This document shows positions 50,508 to 62,397 of a DNA stretch of 64,000 bases, in pieces; positions within the stretch are counted from its first letter, which is position 1, and every line of letters begins with the position of its first letter. The notes under the pieces were generated by a model. That model worked only from the letters and a program-made list of their open reading frames with translations, made no database searches and was not told the origin of the DNA. Source of the DNA: Dimorphilus gyrociliatus. Lineage: Eukaryota; Animalia; Annelida. A program made the position numbers and the translations under genes. The stretch is taken from contig CAJFCJ010000004.1 in NCBI GenBank assembly GCA_904063045.1, forward strand, positions 609,498-673,497, written 5' to 3'.

Positions 50508-52185
50508 AAAAACTACTACATTGATTGAAAATTTTTATAGATAACTATATTATTGTATTTTCTAAAATAGAATACATTTTAAATAAACTTATACTAGTAC
50601 TTTAAAATAGAATAAAATGGTTAGTTTAATAATCGAAAGATGGCAGTACTATAGAGTTTTTTAGTAGTAGTACAAGGTTTACCTGGTGTACACTAGATAC
50701 AACGACATACGACAGATAAGAGAAAGATATAAGAAAGAGAGATTTACATACTAAATTTATTATTTTACAATATTTTTACCAAGGCGAATAAATATTTAAA
50801 AAGGAGAAAACTAGCAAGAGTCTGGTCAGTATAAACCTTTTAATTGTTATATTTCTCTCTCTCTCCTCTCCTCTTCTCTCTCTTCTATCGAAATTCATAT
50901 CTAGATCAGTAGTTAACAGAATCGTACGATACGTAAAAATAAGTATATTAGTATTAATATTGTCAGTATTTAACGAAAACCTTACAAAACTAAGAGAAAG
51001 TAGATAAATATGATTGAAAGGGTATTATCATTCTATTCGTCTCGTAGATATGTTTATTTTGACAATAAGGAAGAGTTGGTTAAAAAATATATATAACCTT
51101 CAAAATCTCCAGTATAATAACTGTTTTACTATAACCACAATAATATGAAAGTAGTCACGACTGTATATAATATATAAATGAATATCTATTATACTTTACG
51201 TGGATATTTACCTTGAAAGTTCGAAAATACCAGCCCTTTTGTAATTTTTACACGTCTTAGTCTCTTTTTTGGTATGTGTATACTATAATATGTCATTACA
51301 TCATTGTCGATAATTAAATTAAAAGAGACAATAGCACTTGTTCTGTCTTATTGTCTAAATTTTTGTTTTATTTTTCCTACCTCTATAAAAAAAAGGAAAG
51401 TAAAATGTCTATTTGTTCCTTGTTTTATCTGCATATATACTGTATATTATTTCCGTTCAAAACAATGTTAAAAGTACTTATCTTCTCGTAGGCCTATGCC
51501 AACGTAAAGTTTATTTACGCATTGAAGAAATATTTTACTAAAAATAGAACAAAAGTTTTCACCACAAGTATATAGTGTTTTATAATAACAACACAGAGGT
51601 TGTTTAGTGCAATAATTATTCATTCTTTTTACTCGAATACCACGATCTTCATGCAGGAAACAGATGAGATCAGGGCTAAGGTATGATTGTTGTATAAATT
51701 GAACAGAAATTACGTTAATTCTACTTGTTAATAGAAAAGTATTTATATAACAGATGAAAATTTGTTTATAGTGAAATAAATAGTTCATTGTGTAATTTAA
51801 GCTTTATTTGATTAATTTGACATTGGAGCTGAAAGAGCCTCGCTAACCTAATGTAACCAATGTTAGTTTTATTGTTTTTATCGAAATTATTTTACAAGGA
51901 CAATAGAAATTAGATGACGATTTTAAGTGGATTATTGTTATTTACTCACTGATCGGTATATGTTAGATCATTAGATATTTTCATCAGGATTTTTAACTAA
52001 TATCATATCAAATATTACCATAAACTTTCGTAGCTTTATTAGTTATATTTACCTAAAATTTAAATAATGATAAGGTTAAATTGATCCTCATTATTTTGAT
52101 CAAGTCAACATTTATTTATCTTATCTGTTTGTTTTACGCAGCAAACTTCTTGGCTTGACATAAGTACGGAATAAAACAAAGAAAA

Positions 52186-52575
52186 ATGATGGACAATGAT
52201 CATTCAGAATTGGAAGGATTGAATGAGAAAATCATGGAAACTTCGTCCGAATACGTTCCCTCAACATCGGATGGATCGGAATATTTAATGAGTACAAGGA
52301 ATAAAAATATAAGACGCCATATTGGTCGAAGGTTAGCTAGAAATGTTGATAACCTATCCGAAGACGAAAAGAGAAAATTGGCCCAAAGACGGGAGAGGAA
52401 TAAGCAAGCAGCAGCCAAATTCAGAGAAAAGATCAAGAGGACAATCCTGGAGTTAGAAGAGGAAAAATCTATTTGGGAAAGGAGAGTTTCGGAGAATTTG
52501 GCAAGAATCGATAGATTAAAAGCATCTGCAAATCATCTCAAAGAAATATGCAACTCGCATAAATGTGTTGCTTGA
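52186..52575 (+). CDS. Short Fos/ATF3-like bZIP protein (129 aa)
   Basis: Basic region RRERNKQAAAKFR, heptad zipper and terminal HKC as in Fos/ATF3. An in-frame stop at 52156 fixes the ATG; an acceptor at 52141 implies a 5'UTR intron. Confidence 0.85.
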   Translation: MMDNDHSELEGLNEKIMETSSEYVPSTSDGSEYLMSTRNKNIRRHIGRRLARNVDNLSEDEKRKLAQRRERNKQAAAKFREKIKRTILELEEEKSIWERRVSENLARIDRLKASANHLKEICNSHKCVA

Positions 52576-53119
52576 CGAAGAAATCTTTAAAAAGAAAATC
52601 ATTGCTTAATAAAAAGATTTTCAACTTTTATTATAATAATCAGGAAAAAAATGAAAACGAAAAGTCTTGGTTATCCAAAGAATATTTTTCAGTATTAATT
52701 TCTGTAATTCTTCAGCTGTGCTCTACTTTGTTTTTGTTCTTCTTTCTTGTATCACATTTCATTTTGTACAGCGCAGAGGTTATACTTTATTAAATGCTAT
52801 ATTATACAGCTTCCAAGAAATATGCTATATATATATATATATATATACATGTTCTTCTCTTTAGCTTTTTGTGTTCAAAAAACAATTTGGTTGTAGTAAA
52901 AATTAAATAAATTAAATTTCCATCCTAAAACATAACAGTTTAGTTCCAAAAGACTGAACAATATCGTTTTTTTATTTATTAACGAAAAGACATCAATTAA
53001 TAATTTAAAATTACTTTCATAGTCGGTTTTTTTGCGATAACTCTCAAATTAATCGTAAAAATTATTCCTTTCCTTATGAATGTACAAAGGTATTTTTTTT
53101 CTTATTTTTTTATAGAGTG

Positions 53120-54440
53120 TCAAAAAACTCTTTCAACGTGGTGATCTGGATTGACCGCTGGACCACCCCCAGCCGCCCCGGGTCGATGAGCTCCGTGTCG
53201 TTGATTCCTTCTGGGTTGAGAGTACATTTCAAACATACCTGTCGTATATTGTGCAAGTGTTTTAGATAAATCTGAGGGCATAGGATCGGTGTAAAAGAGA
53301 TCATGTTCCAAAGCTGTGTCAGTTGTTATCCTTTGAGCTGGGTCTAATGTTAAAAGTTTGTCTAATAAATCTAAAGCGTATGGGTCTTTTACATATGCCT
53401 TTAGTCTTTCTTTCACCCGTCGTTTTGCTTGTCCTAACTTAATTTTTGAAAATAGGTCTAACTGATCAACTCCTGGCCAGACATCAGTTGTTATAGTACC
53501 ACAAAGATTCATAATCAAGTTTATTTGCTCTTGTTCTGTTGCACCCTGCATTATCGGTGTTCTTGTCCACAATTCAGCCATTATACAGCCTGTACTCCAC
53601 ACGTCAATTTGAGGCCCATAATTTCTTGCTCCTAACAGCAATTCAGGAGCCCTGTACCATAAAGTAACAACCCTATTTGTATATCGATGTTGTCTCGTTT
53701 GTGATGTGGCTCTTGCAAGTCCGAAATCAGCTAGTTTAATTTGTCCCTGACGAGTCACAAGAACGTTAGCAGATTTCATATCTCTGTGGAGAACTTTGTT
53801 TCCATGTATATAATAGAGTCCGTTTAAAATCTATGGAAAAGAAGGGAAACAACGATAGATTGTTGTATGTAAATATCACTAAGTATTTCGTTTTCTCTCA
53901 ACATCTTTAAAACATTTTGAACCTCCAGAAAGACGCTAAAATTAAAGATAAATAACGTACCTGCTGCATAATTCTCTTGACGTCGCCAAGATGAAATTTT
54001 ACTGTAACATTATTTAGTAATCCGGCTAAATCATGATCACAAAATTCGAAGACTAGATAGAATGATGTCTTAAAGCGATTATACTGAGTTGCTTTTGTTC
54101 TACATATTTCTAATAGATGGATGACGTTATCGTGTTTAAGCTGTTGTAATATTTTGATTTCTCTGATAGCAGTAATAGGAAATCCTTCTTTCTCATTGTC
54201 CATGATAATCTTTTTTAAGGCCACAAATTTTCTCTCACCATTTTTCGGTCTTGCTTTAAACACCTCACTGAATAGTAGAAGCATGGTCTACTTTATGTAG
54301 GAAATATGAATAAGTACTTACCCAAATGTACCATGTCCTACTTTTTGAACTTTTTCATAGTGTGCAAAACAATCTCGACAATGAGGAAACTCATAAGAAG
54401 CTAAAGGGTGAGGATGTGATTGATTATTTGAATTCGCCAT
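53120..54440 (-). CDS. CDK9: Cyclin-dependent kinase 9 (378 aa)
   Basis: Exons 54440..54322, 54267..53961, 53830..53120. GHGTFGEV, EGFPITAIRE, HRDMKSAN, DFGLAR, RYTNRVVTLWYR, and the CDK9-type C-terminal DPMPSDL...MFE. Confidence 0.93.
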
Positions 54441-54788
54441 GATTCGTAATAAAAGAGCCTAACAAAAATGGAAGACACCAGTTTTCGCTTAAGCATTATT
54501 TTCGTAATAGTATGTTTTGCTCAACATCAATTTTGTCTTTCAAATGATATGAATTTATTTTTGAGATTCACTTTTGAAAAGATTACATTCACATTACAAA
54601 AGATACTACATAAAATCACTAAGTGTAGAAATATCATAAAAATACACGAATCTACGCAACTTTAACAAAGTATAAAGATAAGACATAGATTTAGATATGA
54701 AAAACGAATATTCAGATTTTTGTCAAGTAAAAACGCATTCAAGAGAAAACTGACAAAAATTCTAAATGAATATCTGAAAAGAGATTAA

Positions 54789-57700
54789 TTAGGCATCTGT
54801 GAATTTACTTAATTCATGAACAGGTTCCATTTTTTGTTGTCGCTCACTACGTCTAATTCGTGCCCTGACTTCCAGTGGATCGTCAGGTCGAACTAATGGT
54901 TTCTTGTCAGGGGCGCGCATTTTCCATGTCACTTGTAAGTTCTGTAAAAAGGAAATGGATTAAAAGCTAATAATAAAGAATAAATGTTTATCAAACAGGT
55001 CTTAAACCATGCTATAAAACTTCATAACTTCAATATTACAACTAGCAACATGCAACTTTGCAACATATAAACAGTATAAATTTATGCTTTTATAAATATA
55101 AACATATCTTTATATTAATATATATTATGTATATACAATCATTCTTTTTCTTGGTAAAACCGTATTGGTAGGGAAGATAGCGTTTGTCTTTCACGGGAAA
55201 ACAATACCAACAAAGTTTTCCTAAAATAAAAACTAACAAAATAAAAATCCATCACTCTATTCTTCTATTTATCCATTCAATATCTCTTTTTCTATATCAT
55301 TTGATCATTTCTCTACGCCTATGCGTCCGTATAGATGAACAAATAAACTAAATGAACCAGTTAACAACATGCAAAAAGTCTTCATTTGAAAGGATTATAA
55401 GCGCATGCCTTTTAATACACGATTACGAACTAAAACGATGTTTCCCCAATTATTTACAAACATTTTGGGCCTTTATTCGCAGAAGGCCTGCGTTTAATGG
55501 TACTAGTTTGTTGTATAACCGTATGAGCAATTCTTGGTCCAAGAGCTTGTACTTTTTCACCTAATTTTTTAGGTACAGTACTTCTAATTCGCCATTGTAC
55601 TACAGGTTGCTGGTTGATCATAAGTAATCATCATAAAAAGTTAAGTAATACGTGAAAGAAAAGCTATAGATTACGAATTGTAATAATATTCTTAAATAAG
55701 TGTAAAAAGTGGATATAATCGGTATTTAAAAGCTCTTTACATACCTTGGCACCAGATTTATATTTGGTTGAAGCAACATATGAAGCTTTAACAGCCAGAA
55801 CGACTGCATTCATTAAATTCTTAGCAGCTTGTATTAGCGAGGTTGCACTGTCCAACTACAATAAAATTTATTGAAATTCTCTATTTATAGCGTTACTAAT
55901 AGTGATAAAATTACCCCAGAAACGATTAACTCTCCGCTTATATTTTGCACATCGGCTTTTACTTTACTGGTAATATTAAGTTGATGGCAGTAGAGGGCAA
56001 TTCTTTGTAGATAGGCTAACAGGTCTTTTTTCGATGCTGATTCTGGACAATGTTGAACGATTTCCTTACACAATTTATCTAGATTGGAGCCGGCTTCTGA
56101 AATCTTTTTAGCAGCGTTAATAACGTCCATTGTATTTTTTAGAGGGCCTCTTCCTCTGTAAAGTACAAAATGAAATGTTTGGTTAATATCTTATTTTTTG
56201 TTGTCCAAAATAAAAATAACAAAAAAATACTAACCTTGTGAAATCCGTCATTTCCATCATAATCATACACATTTGCTTGGCAAGAACGATAATTTCATTT
56301 CCGCTATCGTCCCATTTAGCGACTTCTCTTTCAAATCTCTTTCTTTCAACGAAGAAATGGGCAACTTGCTGATCAAAGTGTGCTCTTTGCTCTTCAGGCA
56401 TTTGATCAATAACCATTCTCATTTTAGCCCTATCGCTGGAATCGTCGATATGCTCTTTCTGAACATCATCTTGAGCCATTATCATGCCGCCTATAGATGA
56501 GAATATAAACAAACGCTAAAATATTTGCAAATGATAAAAATGAAAGAACGGTGACGGAAAAAGCACAAAAGATAGATAAAAGTCGTTTTTATTTTCCTTT
56601 ATACTATTATCGTTTTTTATAATACAAAGATGACTAAAAGTAATAAAAACCGTTATCGCTTCTTCTATCCATACTTCCTGTACCATATTCGTAAGAATAG
56701 CTACTATATGGATTCATACCATCCATATCCGACATCGATTGATCATAATCTTCACTCTGGGGAAAAAAATAATTAGAATGAATGTTGATATAGTTAGAGA
56801 ATGATTTGCTATTACTCTATTTAATAAAACGGATTGTTTAATATCTTTAACGCCTTCGTATATCAATCCGGCAGAATTAATAAATGTATCTTTATCGTCA
56901 GTCGAAAACTGAATTGACGGATTGCTCTCCATCTTGTCCAACACGTAGCGAAGATTGTTTATAAAATTAGGAACAGCTGAAAAGAAAGGTTATTGATGGA
57001 TAGGTAACATTCTTAATAAATATCATTAAATTTTTAGCGGATTAATTACTTTTATCTCTGAGTAAAATGACACTTTGTAAAACTCTCTCCGTGTAGGGGC
57101 CGGGCTGATATTTCTCCATTTCAACACCAACAACGTCAGCTATTCTCTGTGACCTTCCTATTAATTTACGACCATTTTCATGAAGAGCATCTATATTTCC
57201 CTCATCTAATGCTTGGATGCAACCCTTAACATCTTCTAATATATGATTTTCTGTATAAAAAAGATAAAATTTATGTAATTAAAATGCAGTAAGTTTCACA
57301 TCAATAGCATACCAGAAACATTTAGAAAATCTTCAATAAGCATAATATCGTCGATGGCATCTGTAAGTAATCTGGTCTGTTTTAGCCAGCTATCCTTAAA
57401 TACGTCCATATTTTCCAGGGCAACCTTCGAATCGGGTCTTAGAGCTAAAATTCTAGCGGCATTGAGAACCTTTCAAGTGAAATTAAATAAGAAAATTTAT
57501 TAAAATTTAATTGAAAAAAGAGTAAAAGGCGTCATAATCTTACTTGAGGGTACAAATTTTCAATGTTTGCAGCTGCCAAACGAACGAATTTCACACCTTC
57601 TTCATGATTAGACATAGAACAAGCGAGATTGGCAACCTCTACCATTTTTGATGCGTGCTCAGTAAATCTACGTCCGTATTCGTTTTCCACATCCTCTACT

Positions 57701-60159
57701 TTACCAGCTTTAGCAGCGTCGATCAAATCGAATAACGGACCGGAAGTATCGAAAAAAGTGTCAGAAACGTGATCAACAACGGCTCGCCTAAGCTATTATA
57801 TATCAAAAGAATAATCGTTGTTAGTTTTCGATTAATTGTTGTTCTTTTTAAAGAAAATATGAACAATTTTATAATATATACAAAATGGTGCATAAAAGTA
57901 TAAAGATAAAAATTCACATACCTGCTTTCTTAAGTCAGTAGTTCTTGTACAGACTTGGTCAATAGCTCTAGTAATATTGTTTGTTCTTTCCGAATTGCCC
58001 ATCTGTTCATATTTTGATTTTAATTTAGAAAAAGCCATAGGTTTTCGCTTTGTTTTATAGACTATCTTCAATAACAAAAACGGTTGCGAATAAAAAAGGC
58101 GCTATAACTATTATCTTTTGTACTGATAACGCGAAAATGATCGATTTATTATTATGATTTAATAGATAAGCATAATAATGCTATCTTATACCTTAAAGAG
58201 CTTATTGATTATTTAATTAGAAAAATGCTAATGTAGAGAAGTTAACTAATTGAGTTATATAATTTTCATATTTATATGGTTTGGATTGATCTAACATAAG
58301 GCGTTGCATAGATTGAGAGAAAAATAACAGTAACTTACATTTTTCATTGATTCCGTTAGAAGGTCCTGCAATGCTTGTCTGACAGCATTACATTCTTCAA
58401 CTATTCTATCCCTTCTTTCATCTCTTGTACAACTACTGTCAGCCATCAGAGCAGCCCCACTTATTATACTTTCCAGCCTTTCTTCTAGACTAGGACCCTG
58501 TCTTCTTCCGCCTTTACCAGAATCAGGATCCATTATTCGAATCTAATAAGTATAAATTCGATTCATTTTATTAAAAATATAAACGAAAACTCTATTACAT
58601 CGAATTCATCAAGCGCATTAGCTAATTCTCCTGGCCCATCGAATGGATGGCCATCCATTCCCTTTGATTGGGCTACTCCGGAAATTTGATCCACAGCATC
58701 GCATACTTGTTTCAACACATAATCCCGATTTGCTCTTGCAGCAGCTAATTCCGGATGTCGAACGTAAACTTTGGAAGCCGTCAGTAAAGGGAGAGTATTC
58801 GTTTTCAACATGGCTCTAGCAGAGGCCATTCTTTCTCTGTTATAAGGGTCTTTCAAATCCAATTGTCGTCTTCCAGCCCTTTCGCTCAAAGCCATAACAC
58901 CGGTGCCAAAATCTTTAAACGCAGATCTGAGTTCTTTTTCACTGGAAGCATCTCTTACTCTATCGAGATCGCTTTGAACCTACGGTAGATTGGAGAAATG
59001 TTATCATTATCAAAGTATAACATGAAAAAAATTGACTAATATTCGCTATGTACATTTTAAAGAATTAGTTTAGATATACATTTTTTGATACAAAAGCGAG
59101 TAACTGTCTACTGTATAGAAAATTAATTATATATAGAGTAATTACTTACAGTTCTTAACGCTTTCAACAAATTATTCACATCTACCATATCAGCAAGAAT
59201 CAAAAGTCTTGTTACAGCACCCAACAAAGCTCTTGCTGCTCTTACCATAGTACCTCTTTTCATTGACGAACAAGGATCCCCGGCAAAATCATCACTTGCC
59301 AATTTCATTGCATCGCCTGCAGTTCAAAGCACATATTAATAATACAGTAAATAAAATAACCTTATGAATAATAATTGATATTTACGAAGCGCTAGAGAAA
59401 AATTTATTTTAACGAGAATATAATTTTCGTTTTTTTTGCGCTGAATTATTGGATAAATATTATCTTAATAATATTCAAATATTATACAAAAGGGATATAA
59501 GAGTTGTGAATAAATATCCAGTAATTATAGAGAATTTGTTTCGGAGATTTCGTTAGCTTATTTGTTATTAGGAAACCTCTTAAACCGGCCTTTGAATAAG
59601 AAAGAATAATACTGTTGATGAAATCAAGCAAAAAAATTGGTGTGTTTCATATATAAATTCTCCCGATACAATACAACAAAGGCTTATGATAAGCTAAGGA
59701 CCAGCAAACTACATAGAGAAAATCGCGAGAACAAGATTAAACACGCCTCTCTGAGCATTCCATCAAGCATAATAAGATTTTGTTTCTATTTTACAAACCG
59801 GTTTTTTTAACTTCTTCAACAGCAGTAAACATTTCATTACGAATTTCGACATTTTCTTCAGCGATTTTCTGGCCTTCGTTGATAAAATGATCAATTGCCC
59901 TGGCAACGGCTGTACTGAGAACTTTAGCTTTTTTTGATCGTCCCTTTTTACCTCTAGTTGGACCTTTCTGACTAACTAAAGTAGTCACCTGCAATATTAT
60001 TCAACGGTTTTAAACACATTAAAGCACCAGCTCTTTCATACACACCTGTGTTACAAGCGGCTCTAGAGTTTTTTCCACGGATTTTGTTTTAATTTCGAGA
60101 TTCTTAGGATCCCATTGAAAATGTAGTGTAGACATTGGTTGAGGAGTTACCACAGACAT
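54789..60159 (-). CDS. CTNNA: Alpha-catenin (about 923 aa, 15 coding exons plus an alternative last exon)
   Basis: Exons 60159..60046, 59988..59799, 59316..59150, 58979..58599, 58542..58339, 58002..57922, 57792..57544, 57469..57313, 57250..57050, 56976..56816, 56756..56651, 56490..56235, 56155..55915, 55855..55745, 54941..54789; all GT-AG and in frame. WDPKNLEIKTKSVEKTLEPLVTQVTTLV, TDFTRGRGPLKNT, SLIQAAKNLMNAVV, WKMRAPDKKPLV. Confidence 0.96.
55454..55609 (-). CDS. CTNNA: Alternative terminal exon of alpha-catenin (QPVVQWRIRSTVPKK...KGPKCL*)
   Basis: Acceptor caaccag|, phase 0, 52 codons open to TAA; starts with the PVVQW motif homologous to the canonical last exon. Confidence 0.7.
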   Translation of the reverse strand, partial: QPVVQWRIRSTVPKKLGEKVQALGPRIAHTVIQQTSTIKRRPSANKGPKCL

Positions 60160-60640
60160 CGTTAAAAATTTATTTAAGGGTTTAAAATAGTAAACCTGAC
60201 GAATGAATCACCAATTACTGCATATTAACCAGTTTAAGAGTATAAAGAAATGTATAAATACTTACAAAGTAAATGCAAAATCTCTCTTTTCATTTAAAAT
60301 ATATCACTAAATTGTTTGATTAAAATTCGGGAAAGTAAATTTCGATATAAATGAGTGAAAAAGGATTTTGTTATTGTTATTCGAAAATACTTCCGGAGAA
60401 TTGACAGGATCTTTGCAAAATGTTTTTATTGACCAAAAATCTTAATAGATTATTGATATTTTAAAGAAATTAATTAATTAAATTTTTTCATGATTTTTTT
60501 ATTATCAATTAGTCGAGATATATCTTGAAATAATTAATTGACCAATGATCTCTCGCCACGAGCAGTTGGCGCCATCTCTACGCAACCGGCTAAATAGATT
60601 GACATTTTTGACTAAGTTTTTAGCAAGACAACGAAACAAG
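60160..60640. promoter_or_regulatory. Probable bidirectional promoter (alpha-catenin / HRC-like)
   Basis: Head-to-head ATGs 481 bp apart; ETS-like ACTTCCGG at about 60389; GCGCCATCT at 60569. Confidence 0.55.
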
Positions 60641-61707
60641 ATGCAAAAATTCAACGCTTATTTACTCGCTACTCTATTTATAGGAATTTTGATCTTTTCC
60701 TTTGCTAGTAGTGCCGAAGATAAACCCGAATCAGAAGACAGCAGCGTTGAAGTAGATCAAGATAAGTTAGAATACACGAAGGGCTCGTTGTGCAACTATT
60801 GTAAATACTGCAAAGTATGGTATTATCGCTCTCAAATTTCTTTAATAATTATCCTTATTTCTTTTCAGTTTTGTAAATTGTGCGACAAAGACTGTCCTTG
60901 CGAAAAATCACCTCAAAAGCCCAACTGTCACATGTGTAAGGTATGTATTTATGATTACTAGAGACGATTACTATAAGAATATGTATTTACATATAATTAT
61001 ATAGGCATTTACTTGTAAAAACTGAAAAAAAGGCCCCAAGCCGTTATCAATAAGAAAGAAATTTTATTATCTTAGAAGGGTTACATTTTAAACCTCGCTA
61101 TTATATTTCTTAGAAAATCAATAACTTGACGTGAACTAGGGGGTAAAATTGAATCGTTCGCTATATTTAACAAAAGATTATAGACTATTAATAGAAGCCC
61201 ACTCCTTAACAAACTTTAATTATTTCAAAAGTACGACTAAATACGAAAATAAAAAATGTTTCGATACACCTATCTTTCAAGATAAGAAAATCACTAAAAG
61301 AGATGTTAAATATTACCTATTTAAATAAATGCTAAATAGACATATTTCAGTACCTCGAACAAAAAACAATTATTAATATATATATATATATATATATATA
61401 TTTAATTATACTTATCCGTATTTCTTAATAATCTTAAATTTCTATTCTTAAATTCTTTTGTGTTGTTTTACAGTACTGCAAATTTTGCACCTTATGCACA
61501 GTTTGTGATAAGGTTTGTCAACCGAACGGCTTCATCGATCGTATGTCAGCAAAGCTTATCAAGTAAGAGAACAGTTTATTTGTTTACAAAATAGACAATA
61601 ACTTTTTATTATTTTTCAAAAGTGCTTTCTCACCCTCCGATGCCAACGAAGATCAAGTAAAGAAAGATTTGAAAACTGTTGAAAAATGGGTCAAGGAAGA
61701 GTTATAA
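60641..61707 (+). CDS. Short Cys-rich ER-luminal protein related to the C-terminal domain of histidine-rich calcium-binding protein (HRC-like), 139 aa
   Basis: Exons 60641..60814, 60869..60940, 61474..61562, 61623..61707. Signal peptide; CNYCKYCKFCKLCDKDCPC...CHMCKYCKFCTLCTVCDKVCQP matches the HRC Cys pattern; C-terminal KEEL (KDEL-like). Confidence 0.82.
61376..61401 (+). repeat. (AT)n microsatellite
   Basis: atatat... run in an HRC-like intron. Confidence 0.85.
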
Positions 61708-62146
61708 GCTATAAAAGACAAAAGTAATCTTTTTAATAAGAAACTAAAGAAAAAGTGGAAAAAATCAACAAGATAATTTTGTTTTTTTATTTTATATATT
61801 CATATTTTAATGATTAAATATCATTCATAAATTAGCTTTGTTACGTGTGGCTTTTATAGAACATAAAATACATTTCTGAACAATCCTCGTTAATGATTTT
61901 AAAAGTCTGTTGATTTATATTTTATTTTTCTGGTATCTACAACAAGATTCGTTCTAAGGAAAGTCAAACAATAGTTTAAAGTAACTGAAAATCCAGTTTC
62001 CTAGGTGCAGGTAATTGAGAACAAATTATGTTTTTACTTTTTAGAGTAGTTGTAGAATATGTGTTTTCTTTTATAGTGAGTCTATTAATATAACAATTAA
62101 TCAAAGGTATCCTTTTATAAATGTACACCTATAATTACGGCTTATC

Positions 62147-62160
62147 GCGCCCTCTAGTGG
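62147..62160 (-). promoter_or_regulatory. CTCF-consensus core CCACTAGAGGGCGC upstream of NUP50
   Basis: GCGCCCTCTAGTGG on + matches the bilaterian CTCF core motif. Confidence 0.55.
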
Positions 62161-62397
62161 TTAGTACACCACGTGGAATATTTCGCCCTCGATTCGGTCG
62201 AACAGCGGAAAGTAAGGTTCTGATTAATATGATGAGAAAAAATTTCACATTTATTTAATTTTCAAAGATAGCTAAACAACTAGCCTTTTAAAAGTCTGAT
62301 AATCTTTTTACAATATTTTCTAGCAAGCAGAAAAGGGTTTTTTCCGATCATCCTCAAATTGAGCGATAATTAGTCTAATACTTGAATATCTTCCACA

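Noticed and set aside
51295-51303. C/EBP-ATF element (TGATGTAAT on -) upstream of the ATF3-like gene
   Set aside because: A single AT-rich 9-mer is expected by chance in this base composition, and the TSS is unknown.
54160-54180. PITAIRE instead of PITALRE, suggesting CDK12/13
   Set aside because: Length, T-loop (RYTNRVVTLWYR) and C-terminal DPMPSDL...MFE are CDK9-type; a conservative L-to-I change.
60545-60640. Upstream in-frame ATG extending the HRC-like ORF by 32 aa
   Set aside because: It would displace the signal peptide and overlaps promoter-like motifs; ATG 60641 is preferred.
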